Shown piece by piece: positions 41,453 to 51,133 of a stretch of 64,000 nt of DNA (position 1 is the first letter of the stretch; every line of letters begins with the position of its first letter). The notes under the pieces are model-generated. The model saw only the letters and a program-made list of their open reading frames with translations. It did no database searches and was not told where the DNA came from. The stretch is from an uncultured Acidobacteriota bacterium (GTDB taxonomy: Bacteria; Acidobacteriota; Vicinamibacteria; Fen-336): assembly GCA_963720545.1 (NCBI GenBank), contig OY970399.1, forward strand, positions 3,360,001 through 3,424,000, given 5' to 3'. The position numbers and the translations under genes are program-made.

Positions 41453-42422
41453 GGATCCGCAACCTGCTGATGCCGCCGTCCGGGAAGATGCGCAGGCGCA
41501 CGTGGGTGAATGGCCCCGCGGCGCGCAGCATCGCCGCGCCGAAATAGTGCCGCGTGTTCGCCTTCAGCGGGCTGCGCTGCAGCACGTCCTGCCACGGCCC
41601 GCCGTCCACATCGGCGGCCACCGCGTCGGCTTCGCCCAGGTGCGCCGCCTGCAGCGACGCGCTCTCCGGGAAGTTGCCCTTGAAGTGGTTGGTGTCGATC
41701 TCGATGCGCTCCAGCACGCCGGCGTTGCCGAGTTTGACGATCACCCAGTCATAGCCCGGCCCGCGGCGCCGCCGCGTCTCCCACCCCTCGCCCATGTTGG
41801 GCGCGCGGCCCGGCAGGATCAGGTTCGACTTGAGGCCGAAGTGTTCGTCGCTCGCGAGCAGCACGCGGCCGCCGTGTTCCAGCGCCGCGAGGTCCACGAG
41901 CTTGCCCGCGAGCGCCGGCCAGTCGACGCTGACCTCGCCGTGGACCCGCAGGCGCGCGACGCCGCCGTCCGGAAAGATGTTGAGCCGCACGTGCGTCACC
42001 GGCGGGCGCAGCGGCACTTCCACGGGGTTCGACGCGCCGGGCGACAGCAGCCACGGATCGACGACCTGCACCCAGGCGGCGTGCGCCAGCTTGTCCTTGG
42101 TGGCCGTGCCCTTCAGGTCGCAGACGTCGATCGAGGCGCGCTCCGGCTGGTTGCCGATGAAGTAGTTGGTGTCCACGTCGATGCCGCGCAGCACGCCGCG
42201 CAGCCCCAGCTCGACGATGCACCAGTCGTGGCCCGGGGTGCGGCGCCGGCGCGTCTCCCAGCCGTCCATCCACTTGCCGCGCTGGGTGAACTTGTCGGCG
42301 ATGAAGACGCCGCGGCCGGGGCGCAGGAGGTTGTGGCGCGAGGCGAAGAACTCGTCGTTCGCCAGCAGGGCGCGCCCGCCGACGCGTGCGGCGGCGAGGT
42401 CCGGATAGTCAGCGAAGTCCAT
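41430..42422 (-). CDS. alc: Allantoicase
   Basis: Two repeats, each with (D/E)GWETRRRR and FPDGG(V/I)(A/S)RLR. Confidence 0.93.
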   Translation of the reverse strand: MDFADYPDLAAARVGGRALLANDEFFASRHNLLRPGRGVFIADKFTQRGKWMDGWETRRRRTPGHDWCIVELGLRGVLRGIDVDTNYFIGNQPERASIDVCDLKGTATKDKLAHAAWVQVVDPWLLSPGASNPVEVPLRPPVTHVRLNIFPDGGVARLRVHGEVSVDWPALAGKLVDLAALEHGGRVLLASDEHFGLKSNLILPGRAPNMGEGWETRRRRGPGYDWVIVKLGNAGVLERIEIDTNHFKGNFPESASLQAAHLGEADAVAADVDGGPWQDVLQRSPLKANTRHYFGAAMLRAAGPFTHVRLRIFPDGGISRLRIHGRTRRR

Positions 42423-43770
42423 GTCGTCGTCGCTCCAGCAGCTCACCGCGGGGCGCGACATCTGCGAGGACGCCCTCGCCGAACACGCGCGTGCCCCGCA
42501 CGAACGTCGCCACCACGCGGCCGCGCAAGGTGCGTCCAAGGTAGGGGGTCAGCGCGTGGCGGTGGCGAATCATATCCTGCGCCACGACCACGCTTCCATC
42601 GGGGTCGAAGGCCACCACGTCGGCGTCGAGGCCTGCCGCCAGCCGGCCCTTGCGGTGGTCGAGCCCGGCGAGCCGCGCCGGAGCCGCGGCCATCAGGCGG
42701 CTGAGGTCGGGAAATCCAAGGCCGCGGGCCTCGGCCCCGGTCCAGGTCGCGCTGAGCGCGAACTGCAGCGAGGCGATGCCGCCCCACGCCTGCATGAAGT
42801 CCCCGGCCTCGCGTGCCTTCAGCGCCGGCACGCACGGCGAATGGTCCGAGACGACCATGTCGATGGTGCCGTCGGCGAGCGCCGCCCACAGCCGTTCGCG
42901 GTTCGCGCGCTCGCGGATCGGTGGCGCGCACTTGAACTCGGTGGCGCCGTCTGCGATGCCTTCCGCGTCGAAGGTGAGGTAGTGCGGACAGGTCTCGACG
43001 CTGATCGGCACCGAGCGCGCACGCGCCGCCCGGAGCGGAGCGAGCGCTTCGTCCGACGAGAGGTGCACCACGTGCACCGGCGCGCGCAATTCCTCGGCGA
43101 GACCGATGAGCCTGGCGATCGCCGCGTTTTCCCAGGCCTTGGGGCGGCTCGCGAGAAAGGTCGAGTAGGCCGCGGGGCCCGAGGTTGCGGCATGCGGCGC
43201 ACCCAGGTCTTCCTCGGCGTGGGCGAGCAGGGGAATGCCGCGCGGGCCCAGCACAGCGAGCGCCTGCCGCAGGTCGGCTTCGGCGCTGCACGGGAAGTCG
43301 TCGATCCCCGAGTGCACGAGGAACGCCTTGAAGCCGCACGCGCCGGCATCGATCATCGCCGCGAGTTCAGAGGCGTTGCCGGGAACGATGCCGCCCCAGA
43401 AGGCCGTGTCCACATGGCAGCGGCCGGCCGCCGCGGCGCGCTTCTCGGCGAGCGCGGCGAGGGTGGTGGTCACCGGGATGCTGTTGAGCGGCATGTCCAC
43501 GATGGTGGTGATGCCGCCGGCGGCAGCCGCCGCGGTCGCGGTGGCGAAGCCTTCCCATTCGCTGCGGCCCGGCTCGTTGACGTGCACGTGCGAGTCCACG
43601 ATCCCCGGCATCAGCACCAGCGGATCGAAGTCCTCGACCGCGTAGCCCGCGGGGACCTCGTGAGGCGCCGTCACGGCGTCGATACGGCCGTCGCGGATCA
43701 GGATGGCGCCGGGGTTGCAGCCGGCGCCCGTCAGGACGCGGCCGCTGCGCAGGGCCGTGCCCGCCACCAT
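42409..43770 (-). CDS. allB: Allantoinase
   Basis: DSHVHVNEPGRSEWEGF, DMPLNS, GFKAFL, HAE, VVHLSS, ETCPHYL, KCAPPIR, SDHSPC and AWGGI. Confidence 0.93.
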   Translation of the reverse strand: MVAGTALRSGRVLTGAGCNPGAILIRDGRIDAVTAPHEVPAGYAVEDFDPLVLMPGIVDSHVHVNEPGRSEWEGFATATAAAAAGGITTIVDMPLNSIPVTTTLAALAEKRAAAAGRCHVDTAFWGGIVPGNASELAAMIDAGACGFKAFLVHSGIDDFPCSAEADLRQALAVLGPRGIPLLAHAEEDLGAPHAATSGPAAYSTFLASRPKAWENAAIARLIGLAEELRAPVHVVHLSSDEALAPLRAARARSVPISVETCPHYLTFDAEGIADGATEFKCAPPIRERANRERLWAALADGTIDMVVSDHSPCVPALKAREAGDFMQAWGGIASLQFALSATWTGAEARGLGFPDLSRLMAAAPARLAGLDHRKGRLAAGLDADVVAFDPDGSVVVAQDMIRHRHALTPYLGRTLRGRVVATFVRGTRVFGEGVLADVAPRGELLERRRHGLR

Positions 43771-44255
43771 CAGTACGTCTGCTTGCCGGGCAGCGCCTGC
43801 CAGTCGCTGAGCAGCTTGCGGCAGGCGCCGCGGGCGACGCCCTTCACGATCTTCACCTTGCTGCGTCCGAGCCGCTTCAGCGTGGTGTTGGAAATCGTCA
43901 GCTCGTTGAAGCCGAGGCGCTTGACGTCGGGCACCGAGGTGCCGAAGTAGATCCTGTCCACCTGGGCCCAATGGATCGCGGCGAAGCACATCGGGCAGGG
44001 CTCGGTGGTCGAGTACAGCTCGCAGCCGGCGAGCAGGTGCGTGCCCAACGCCTTCGTGGCAATGCCGATGGCTTCGATCTCGGCGTGCCTCGTGGGGTTG
44101 CCGGTGCGCAGCACGCGGTTGTGCGCCACCGCGACGATGCGGTTGCCCTTGACGATGACAGCGCCGAACGGGCCGCCGTCGCCGCGCTTGATGCCGGCCA
44201 GGGCGTTGTCGACGGCGAGCTGCATCAACCGGTTCCTGGTGAGGGTGTCGGGCAC
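43770..44255 (-). CDS. guaD: Cytidine-deaminase-fold nucleobase deaminase, probably guanine deaminase
   Basis: GGPFGAVIV, PTRHAE and EPCPMC; first gene of the purine operon. Start GTG 44255 (alternative ATG 44225). Confidence 0.8.
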   Translation of the reverse strand: MPDTLTRNRLMQLAVDNALAGIKRGDGGPFGAVIVKGNRIVAVAHNRVLRTGNPTRHAEIEAIGIATKALGTHLLAGCELYSTTEPCPMCFAAIHWAQVDRIYFGTSVPDVKRLGFNELTISNTTLKRLGRSKVKIVKGVARGACRKLLSDWQALPGKQTY

Positions 44256-44260
44256 GAGCC

Positions 44261-44270
44261 ATTGTACGCT
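44261..44270. promoter_or_regulatory. Overlapping divergent -10 boxes in a 23-bp gap
   Basis: TACAAT (-, 44266-44261) lies 5 nt before the guaD GTG; TACGCT (+, 44265-44270) lies 8 nt before the GNAT ATG. Confidence 0.5.
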
Positions 44271-44278
44271 TCGTCGCG

Positions 44279-44749
44279 ATGGCCCCTCCCGCGATTCGCG
44301 ACGCGACCGCCGCCGACCAGGAGTTCGTGATCGCGACCGCGGCGCGCCTCGCCGAATTCGGCCCGCCCGAATCGCGCCCGGCAACCGAACTGGTGGCGGG
44401 CGAAGTGCGGACGCTGCGCCAGTGGTTCAAGGCGCCACCTGCGGGCACGCGCGTCATCGTCGCGGAGTCGGCCCAGGGCGAGCGCCTCGGCTTCGCCTAT
44501 CTCGAGCCCGTGGTCGAATACTTCCTCCGCGAGGAACACGGCCACCTTGGCATGATCGCGACCGCCGCCGGCGCCGAAGGCCGGGGCGTCGGCTCGGCGC
44601 TGCTCCGGGCCGCCGAAGACTGGTGCCGCGCGCAGGGCTATCGCCGGCTCACCCTCAACGTGTTCGCGAACAACAGCGCCGCGCGCGCCGTCTACGACCG
44701 CAAGGGCTACGTGCCGGAGACGATCCACTACGTCAAGCTGCTCCGCTAG
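44279..44749 (+). CDS. GNAT acetyltransferase
   Basis: EGRGVGSALL and LNVFANN..ARAVY..GY. Confidence 0.88.
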   Translation: MAPPAIRDATAADQEFVIATAARLAEFGPPESRPATELVAGEVRTLRQWFKAPPAGTRVIVAESAQGERLGFAYLEPVVEYFLREEHGHLGMIATAAGAEGRGVGSALLRAAEDWCRAQGYRRLTLNVFANNSAARAVYDRKGYVPETIHYVKLLR

Positions 44750-44751
44750 TC

Positions 44752-44842
44752 GTCATCGGCGGATGGGCCGCCTCGCCGACCATCCGCCGATTTCCGTTCG
44801 TCCATTCTTTCGTTCCCAGGCGCTTGCGTCCGGGTCCGTTCC
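44752..44842 (+). repeat. Dispersed hairpin repeat, copy E
   Basis: ATCGGCGGATGG (44755-44766) / CCATCCGCCGAT (44780-44791) plus tail TTCCCAGGCGCTTGCGTC..GTCCGTTCC. Confidence 0.9.
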
Positions 44843-44870
44843 GGTGGCCGTTTCCTGACGGTCACTTGCG

Positions 44871-45023
44871 GCGCGCAGGACCACTCGCCGGCCGCTATCG
44901 AGCTACGGCGCTCAGACACAGTAGCAGAGATCCGGACGGTACGGCCGATGACGCAAGCGCCTGGGGAACGGACTAACGGAAATCGACGGATTGGACGCGA
45001 ACGATCGCCAATCCGTCGATGAC
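44871..45023 (-). repeat. Dispersed hairpin repeat, copy F (inverted relative to E)
   Basis: Stem 44982-44994 / 45008-45020, the tail, and a 17-nt distal block (44877-44893) identical to the reverse complement of 6411-6427. Confidence 0.9.
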
Positions 45024-45037
45024 TGGCGGTGTAGAAC

Positions 45038-45409
45038 ATGGACATGAACCTCGCGCAACACGTCCTGCTGAAGAGCTTCGAGAGCCCCGACGAGGTACGC
45101 CGCTTCGAAAGAGGCCGGTTCGAGACGGTGCGGATCGGCGCGCTCACGATCGGCCGCGCCACCTACGAGCCCGGCTGGAAATGGTCCACGCACGTCGGCG
45201 CCCTCACCGGCCAGACTGCCTGCACCGTCGAGCACGTCGGCCTGGTGGTGAGCGGCGCCGCGGTCGCGGCGTTCGCCGATGGCTCGGTCGCGGAGCTGCG
45301 GCCCGGCGTGGTCTTCCACATCCCCGCGCATCCCCACGACAGCTGGGTGATCGGCGACGCACCCTACGTGTCCCTGCACTTCGTGGGCGCCGACCACTAC
45401 GCCAAGTAG
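45038..45409 (+). CDS. Cupin-domain protein
   Basis: F.SPDEVR.F..G, YEPGWKWS.HV, C.VEHVG..VSG and PHDSWVIG. Confidence 0.85.
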   Translation: MDMNLAQHVLLKSFESPDEVRRFERGRFETVRIGALTIGRATYEPGWKWSTHVGALTGQTACTVEHVGLVVSGAAVAAFADGSVAELRPGVVFHIPAHPHDSWVIGDAPYVSLHFVGADHYAK

Positions 45410-45457
45410 ACTTCGCCGCGAATCGCGAATGAGGCGACGACGCGAAAGCGAGGCAGC

Positions 45458-46978
45458 GTGATGCGAAGTGTGGCGTGGTGCGCAGGATTCCTGCTGGTGG
45501 CGGGGGCCGCTTCGGCAGCCGACGGCGACATCCGCAGGAAGGTGGACGGCTACGTCGCCGCGCACCAGGGCGAGGTCGTCGCCGAGCTGGTGCAGGCGCT
45601 TTCGATTCCCGACGTCGCTTCAGACACCGCCAACATCCGCAGGAAGGCGGAGCTTTTGGCCGGGATGTTCCGCAAGCGCGGCTTCGCGGCCTCGCTCCTC
45701 GAGACGAGCGGCAACCCGCTGGTCTACGCCGAACTGAAGAATCCGCGCGCCGAGCGCACGCTGCTCCTCTACGCGCATTACGACGGCCAGCCGTTCGACC
45801 AGAAGTTGTGGAAGCAGGAGAGTCCCTTCAAGCCGATCCTGCGCGACGGCCGCATGGAAGACGGTGCCAAGACCCTCGCCGACTTTCGCGACTACCGCAC
45901 GTTCGCGCCCGACTGGCGCGTCTACGCCCGCTCGGCGTCCGACGACACCTCGCCGATCGTCGCGGTGCTGGCAGCGGTGGACGCGCTGCAGGCGACCGGA
46001 CTGGCGCCGGCGTCGAACCTGAAGGTGATCCTCGACGGCGAGGAGGAGGCCGGCTCGGCGAGCCTGCCGGCGGCGATCGCGAAGCACCAGGACCTGCTGA
46101 AGGCAGACCTGCTGCTGATCCTCGACGGCCCGGTGCACCCGTCGGAAAAGCCGACGCTCGTCTATGGCGCGCGCGGCATCCTCACCGTCGAGCTCACCGT
46201 CTACGGCCCGAAGTTCGCGCTGCACAGCGGCCACTACGGCAACTGGGTGCCGAACCCGGCGCTGCGCCTCGCGCAGCTGCTCGCGTCGATGAAGGATGCG
46301 GACGGCCGCACCACGGTCGCCGGCTACTACGACGGCATTTCGTTCACCGCCGAAGATCGCGCCGCGATGGCCGCGGTGCCGGACGACGCCGCGGCGCTGC
46401 GCGCGAAGTTCGGAATCGGCTCGGTGGACAAGGTGGGCGAGAGCCTGCAGGAGGCGCTGCAGTATCCGTCGCTCAACGTGCGCGGCCTGCGCAGCGCCTA
46501 TGTCGGAGAAGAGGCGCGCACGGTGGTTCCCGACCAGGCGATTGCCGCGATCGACATGCGGCTGGTGAAGGAAACCACAGCCGACGCCATCTTCGCGAAG
46601 TTCACCGCGCACGTCCGGGCGCAGGGATGGCATGTCGTCAGCGCCGACCCCGACGACGCGGAACGCGCGCGCCATCCGCGCATCGTCAGGATCGTGCGTG
46701 TCGAAGGCGGCAGCGAGGCGTATCGCACCAGCCTCGACGACCCGCAGGCGCAGCGGCTGTTCCAGGCCTTGAGCCGCGAGATGGGCGAGCCGCCGGTGCG
46801 CCTGCGCACCTCGGGCGGCACCGTGCCGATCGAACCGTTCGTGCGCATCCTCGGCGTGCCTGCGGTCTCGGTGCCGATCGTGAACTACGACAACAACCAG
46901 CACAGCGAGAACGAGAACCTGCGCCTCGGCCACTTCTTCCGCGGCATCGCGATCGTCGCGATCGCGCTGGCGATCTGA
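45458..46978 (+). CDS. Secreted M20/M25/M40 metallopeptidase
   Basis: Signal peptide; YAHYDGQP, ARSASDD, DGEEE.GS, LHSGHYG and NQHSENEN. Confidence 0.9.
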   Translation: MMRSVAWCAGFLLVAGAASAADGDIRRKVDGYVAAHQGEVVAELVQALSIPDVASDTANIRRKAELLAGMFRKRGFAASLLETSGNPLVYAELKNPRAERTLLLYAHYDGQPFDQKLWKQESPFKPILRDGRMEDGAKTLADFRDYRTFAPDWRVYARSASDDTSPIVAVLAAVDALQATGLAPASNLKVILDGEEEAGSASLPAAIAKHQDLLKADLLLILDGPVHPSEKPTLVYGARGILTVELTVYGPKFALHSGHYGNWVPNPALRLAQLLASMKDADGRTTVAGYYDGISFTAEDRAAMAAVPDDAAALRAKFGIGSVDKVGESLQEALQYPSLNVRGLRSAYVGEEARTVVPDQAIAAIDMRLVKETTADAIFAKFTAHVRAQGWHVVSADPDDAERARHPRIVRIVRVEGGSEAYRTSLDDPQAQRLFQALSREMGEPPVRLRTSGGTVPIEPFVRILGVPAVSVPIVNYDNNQHSENENLRLGHFFRGIAIVAIALAI

Positions 46979-48862
46979 TCAGCCAGCCGGCTCGCCGTCG
47001 GGCACCAGCCACAGCACCTCATAAGCGGCGAGCCGCAGCGCCAGCTGGCCGCCGCGCGCCGCGAACACCCGGCCCGAGACGAGGTCGCGCCATTCGGAGC
47101 GCAGCGCTCCCAGCTGCGCGCGCGACAACGCCGCCGGCTGTTCCTCGGCCGTGACGTTGACGAGCGCCACCACCAGGCTCGCGCCGTCGGCGCTGCCGCG
47201 GCGCAGCGCGAAGATCGCGTCGCTGAGCGTGAGGATCTCCTGCGCGGCGTTCGGGTGGAACGCCGGCACCGCGATGCGGCGGCGCACCAGGCGGCGGAAG
47301 CGCGTCGCCACTTCGTGCACCCAGCTGCTGCTGTCGCCGAGCGCCGTGAACAGCGCCTGCTCGTCGATGGTCTTGCGGTTGATGCTGCGCGCCTCGCGGC
47401 CCTCGAGCACCGCGCCGGTGTCGTTCTTCGCGCCGAAGGCGCTCGGGAAATACACGCCGGGCACGCCGCGCAGCGCCAGCGCAATGGCGCGCGAGGCGAT
47501 GAAGCGGTCCACCTGCGTGTCCTGCGATTCTTCGGCGCCCTCGCGGTTGAGCGCGCTGTACCAGGTGACGTTCAGCTCGTAGGGGCTCTGCGAGCCGTCG
47601 CCCATCGTGCGATACGAGACCAGGCCGCCGTGCGCCTGCACGCGCTCGACCAGCGCCGCGATTTCCGCGGGCGTCAGGATGCCCTGCGCGCCGAGCAGCC
47701 CGATGCCGTCGTGCGAGTCGAGGAAGTTGAAGTAGGTGGCGGTGTCCGACACCTTCTGCAGGTTCGCGGCCCACTGCCGCAGCCGCGCGCAGTCGCCGGC
47801 GTGGAACGTGTGCAGCACCAGGGGCGGCAGCGCGAAGTTGTAGACCATCTGCGCCTCGCCGCTGCCGTCGCCGAAATAACTGACGTTGTCGGCGTGCGGC
47901 ACGTTGGTCTCGGTGACCAGCGCCACCTGCGGCGCCACCACGTCGAGCACCGTGCGGAACAGCTGCACCAGGGCGTGGGTCTCCTTGAGGTGCGCGCAGC
48001 GCGTGCCGAGCTCGCGCCAGATGTAGGTGACGGCGTCGAGGCGCACGATGTCGGCGCCGCGGCGCACGTAGTAGAGGAGGATCTCCATCACGCGCAGCAG
48101 CACGCGCTCGTTGCGGAAGTTGAGGTCCACCTGGTCGGGGCTGAAGGTGGTCCAGACGAACTTCGCGCCGTTGATGGAGCGGAACGGCGACAGCAGGTCG
48201 GTGGTGCGCGGCCGCATGATGAGCCGCAGGTGGTCGCGGTCGATGGCGTCGCGGGTGTTGAAGGCGACGAAGAAGTCCTCGTAGCCGGGCGCGCCGTTGA
48301 GGAACGCCTGGAACCACTGGCTCTTGGCCGAGGCGTGGTTGAAGACGCCGTCGAACATCAGCCGGTAGCGCAGGCCGAGGTCCTCGATCTGCGCCCAGCT
48401 GCCGAGGCGCGGGTCCACTTCCTCATAGTCGGTGATGGAGAAGCCGCGGTCGGACGAGTAGGGGAAGAACGGCAGGATGTGCACGATGTTGATGGCGCCG
48501 CGCATGAAGGTGTCGAGGAACGCCGCGAGCGCCTGCAGGGGCAGGCGTCCCGGCGAGGTGAGCAGGTCGCCGTAGGTGATGAGGATGACGTCCTTCTCGG
48601 TGAAGCGCTCGCGCGGGTCGAAGGTGGCGGCCTCGGCCACCATCTCTTCCGTGCGGTGCGCGTGATAGACGCGCATCAGCCGTTCCAGCTCCGGATAGCA
48701 TGCGTTGGCGCGCGCCGCGCCGTAGATCGCGGTGAGACGGCTGCAGATGCGCTCCTTGTGCTCGGCGGAGACGGTGAGGAGCGGCCGCGAATAGTCGGGT
48801 TCGGGCAGGTGCACGCGCTGGTAGCGCTGCGAAAGGAGCTGGTCGCCCGGCGTCGTCGTCAT
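46979..48862 (-). CDS. GH13_18 sugar phosphorylase, probably glucosylglycerate phosphorylase
   Basis: LITYGD, HILPFFPYSSDRGF, WTTFS.DQVDLN, RLDAV, TETN, SHDGIG and YELN. Confidence 0.85.
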   Translation of the reverse strand: MTTTPGDQLLSQRYQRVHLPEPDYSRPLLTVSAEHKERICSRLTAIYGAARANACYPELERLMRVYHAHRTEEMVAEAATFDPRERFTEKDVILITYGDLLTSPGRLPLQALAAFLDTFMRGAINIVHILPFFPYSSDRGFSITDYEEVDPRLGSWAQIEDLGLRYRLMFDGVFNHASAKSQWFQAFLNGAPGYEDFFVAFNTRDAIDRDHLRLIMRPRTTDLLSPFRSINGAKFVWTTFSPDQVDLNFRNERVLLRVMEILLYYVRRGADIVRLDAVTYIWRELGTRCAHLKETHALVQLFRTVLDVVAPQVALVTETNVPHADNVSYFGDGSGEAQMVYNFALPPLVLHTFHAGDCARLRQWAANLQKVSDTATYFNFLDSHDGIGLLGAQGILTPAEIAALVERVQAHGGLVSYRTMGDGSQSPYELNVTWYSALNREGAEESQDTQVDRFIASRAIALALRGVPGVYFPSAFGAKNDTGAVLEGREARSINRKTIDEQALFTALGDSSSWVHEVATRFRRLVRRRIAVPAFHPNAAQEILTLSDAIFALRRGSADGASLVVALVNVTAEEQPAALSRAQLGALRSEWRDLVSGRVFAARGGQLALRLAAYEVLWLVPDGEPAG

Positions 48863-48914
48863 TCGGCGAGATGCCGCCACGGAATCAGCGTATCAAACGC
48901 GCGCCCGCAGGCGC

Positions 48915-51029
48915 TCAGTAGGCGAGCAGCCGCTCGAGGGCCTCGTCGACGCGGCCCCTGGGCGAGAACACTTCCTCGAGTGCCTTGCTGAACGGCACCG
49001 GCGTGTCGAGCGCGCCGAGCCGCATCACCGGCGCGTCGAGCCAGGTGAAGGCCTCGCGGCCGATGGTGGCCGCGATCTCGCCGCCGAAGCCGCCGGTGAC
49101 CGGCGCCTCGTGCAGCACCAGGCAGCGGCCGGTGCGCTTCACCGACGCGACCACCATCTCGACGTCCCACGGCAGCAGCGAGCGCAGGTCGATGAGCTCG
49201 ATCTTGCGGTCCTGGGCGGCGAAGCGGTCGACCGCGGCGTCGGCCCACAGGACGCCGGCGCCGTAGGTGACGATGGTCGCATCGCTGCCCACCCGCACCA
49301 TGCGTCCGCGACCGATCGGCACGGTGTAGTAGCCGGCCGGCACCGGGCCCTTCACCTGGCGGTACAGGAACTTGTGTTCGAGATACAGCACCGGGTTGCC
49401 GTCGGCGAACGCGGCGAGCAGCAGCCCCTTGGCGTCGTAGGGTGTCGACGGCTCCACCACCTTGAGCCCGGCGACGCTCGTGAACCACGACTCGACGTTT
49501 TGCGAATGGAACGGGCCGGCGCCCACGCCGCCGCCGATCGGGGCGCGGATCACCACCGGCACGTCGGCGGCCCAGCGATAGCGCGTCTTCGCGAGGTTGT
49601 TGACGATCTGGTTGAACCCGCAGGAGATGAAGTCGCCGAACTGCATTTCGACCATCGGCTTGAAGCCGTCGAGCGCCAGCCCCAGCGCGCAGCCGAGCGC
49701 GCCCGACTCGATGATCGGCGTGTTGCGCACCCGCGCCTTGCCGTACTTTTCGAGGAAGCCCTCGGTGACCTTGAAGACGCCGCCGTAGTCGGCGATGTCC
49801 TGGCCGATGAGCACGGTCTTCTGGTCGCGCTCCATCGCTTCGGCGAGTCCGTCCTGCACCGCGTCCACGAAGCGCATGTCCCTGCCCGCCACGGTCGCCT
49901 CGGGGGTCGGATCCACGGGCGGCGGCGCTGCGGCGTACACGTCGGCCAGCTCGGCGGCAGCGGTCGACTGCGGCTGCGGCGCCGCGAGCGCCTCGTCCAC
50001 CAGCGCGTCCACCTTCGCCTTGATCTCGGCGCGCACCGCGAGGTGCTCGTTCGGCGGCATCACGCCCTGCTCGAGCAGCAGCCGCTCGAGGCGCACCACC
50101 GGGTCCTTCTGGCCCCACTCCGCGATCAGCTGGTCCGGGACGTAGTCGGTGCCCGATGCCTCCTCGTGGCCGCGCATGCGGAAGGTCTTGAACTCGAGGA
50201 GTGTCGGCCCCTCGCCGCGGCGCGCGCGCTCGGCGGCATCGGCCACCGCGTGGTACACCGCGATCACGTTGTTGCCGTCCACCACCGCGCCCTGCATGCC
50301 GTAGCCGGCCGCCTTGTCGGCGAGGTTGCGGCAGGCGAACTGCTCCGACGTCGGCGTCGACAGCGCGTACTGGTTGTTCTCGACCACGAACAGCACCGGC
50401 AGCTTCCACACCGCCGCCAGGTTGACCGCCTCGTGGAAGTCGCCTTCGCTCGTGGCACCTTCGCCGCAGAAGGCCGCGGCCACCTGCTTCGTGCCCTTGA
50501 GGCGCGCGGCCAGCGCCAGGCCGTCGGCCACCGGCAGCATCGCGGCGAGGTGGCTGATCATGCCGACGATGCGCTTTTCCGGCACGGCGAAATGGAAGGT
50601 GCGGTCGCGGCCCTTGGTGAAGCCGCCGTCGCGGCCGAACAGCTGGCGAAAGAGCTGCGCGAGGTCGACCCCGCGGGTGGTGAAGACCCCGAGGTTCCGG
50701 TGCATCGGCAGGATCCAGTCGGAGGGCTCGAGCGCCGACGCCACGCCCACCGCGATCGCCTCCTGGCCCATGCCCGAGAACCACTTCGAGAGGCGGCCCT
50801 GGCGCAGCAGCAGCAGCGCCTTTTCTTCGATGATCCGCGGCAGCAGCAGCGCGCGGTAGATCTGGCGCAGTTTCACCGGGCCGATGCGCGCGGCGAGCGC
50901 CAGGTCTTCCGGGATCGCGCCCTTCATGAGGAACGTGGAAGGCGACGCTGCGATCATGGTGTCCGCGGACCGCTGGATGATGGTTGCCGGCGCCTCGCCC
51001 GGGTCCGTGTCGCGCTTCCACTGGCTCAT
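48915..51029 (-). CDS. Fused 2-oxoacid dehydrogenase E1 alpha/beta subunit
   Basis: GQEAI, GEGATSEGDFHE..N, ENNQYA, RMRGH, GGVFKVT, NTPIIE, EMQFGDF and FHSQ; start uncertain. Confidence 0.9.
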   Translation of the reverse strand: MSQWKRDTDPGEAPATIIQRSADTMIAASPSTFLMKGAIPEDLALAARIGPVKLRQIYRALLLPRIIEEKALLLLRQGRLSKWFSGMGQEAIAVGVASALEPSDWILPMHRNLGVFTTRGVDLAQLFRQLFGRDGGFTKGRDRTFHFAVPEKRIVGMISHLAAMLPVADGLALAARLKGTKQVAAAFCGEGATSEGDFHEAVNLAAVWKLPVLFVVENNQYALSTPTSEQFACRNLADKAAGYGMQGAVVDGNNVIAVYHAVADAAERARRGEGPTLLEFKTFRMRGHEEASGTDYVPDQLIAEWGQKDPVVRLERLLLEQGVMPPNEHLAVRAEIKAKVDALVDEALAAPQPQSTAAAELADVYAAAPPPVDPTPEATVAGRDMRFVDAVQDGLAEAMERDQKTVLIGQDIADYGGVFKVTEGFLEKYGKARVRNTPIIESGALGCALGLALDGFKPMVEMQFGDFISCGFNQIVNNLAKTRYRWAADVPVVIRAPIGGGVGAGPFHSQNVESWFTSVAGLKVVEPSTPYDAKGLLLAAFADGNPVLYLEHKFLYRQVKGPVPAGYYTVPIGRGRMVRVGSDATIVTYGAGVLWADAAVDRFAAQDRKIELIDLRSLLPWDVEMVVASVKRTGRCLVLHEAPVTGGFGGEIAATIGREAFTWLDAPVMRLGALDTPVPFSKALEEVFSPRGRVDEALERLLAY

Positions 51030-51133
51030 AGGAGTAACCCATGCTAGCGCAGCGCCCACCGGGGCCACAGGACGCCTGTGCGCGTGCTCGCTCACATGGC
51101 GCGGAAGCCCAACGGGCGCTAGGATTTGCGCGC

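Noticed and set aside
44746..45162. Short ORFs spanning repeat copies (44746-45162, 6310-6513)
   Set aside because: They are translations of the palindromic repeat with no RBS, codon bias or recognisable motif.
48915..51029. Fused E1 alpha/beta gene with no E2/E3 nearby
   Set aside because: Fused, stand-alone E1 genes are common in several phyla and are not unusual.
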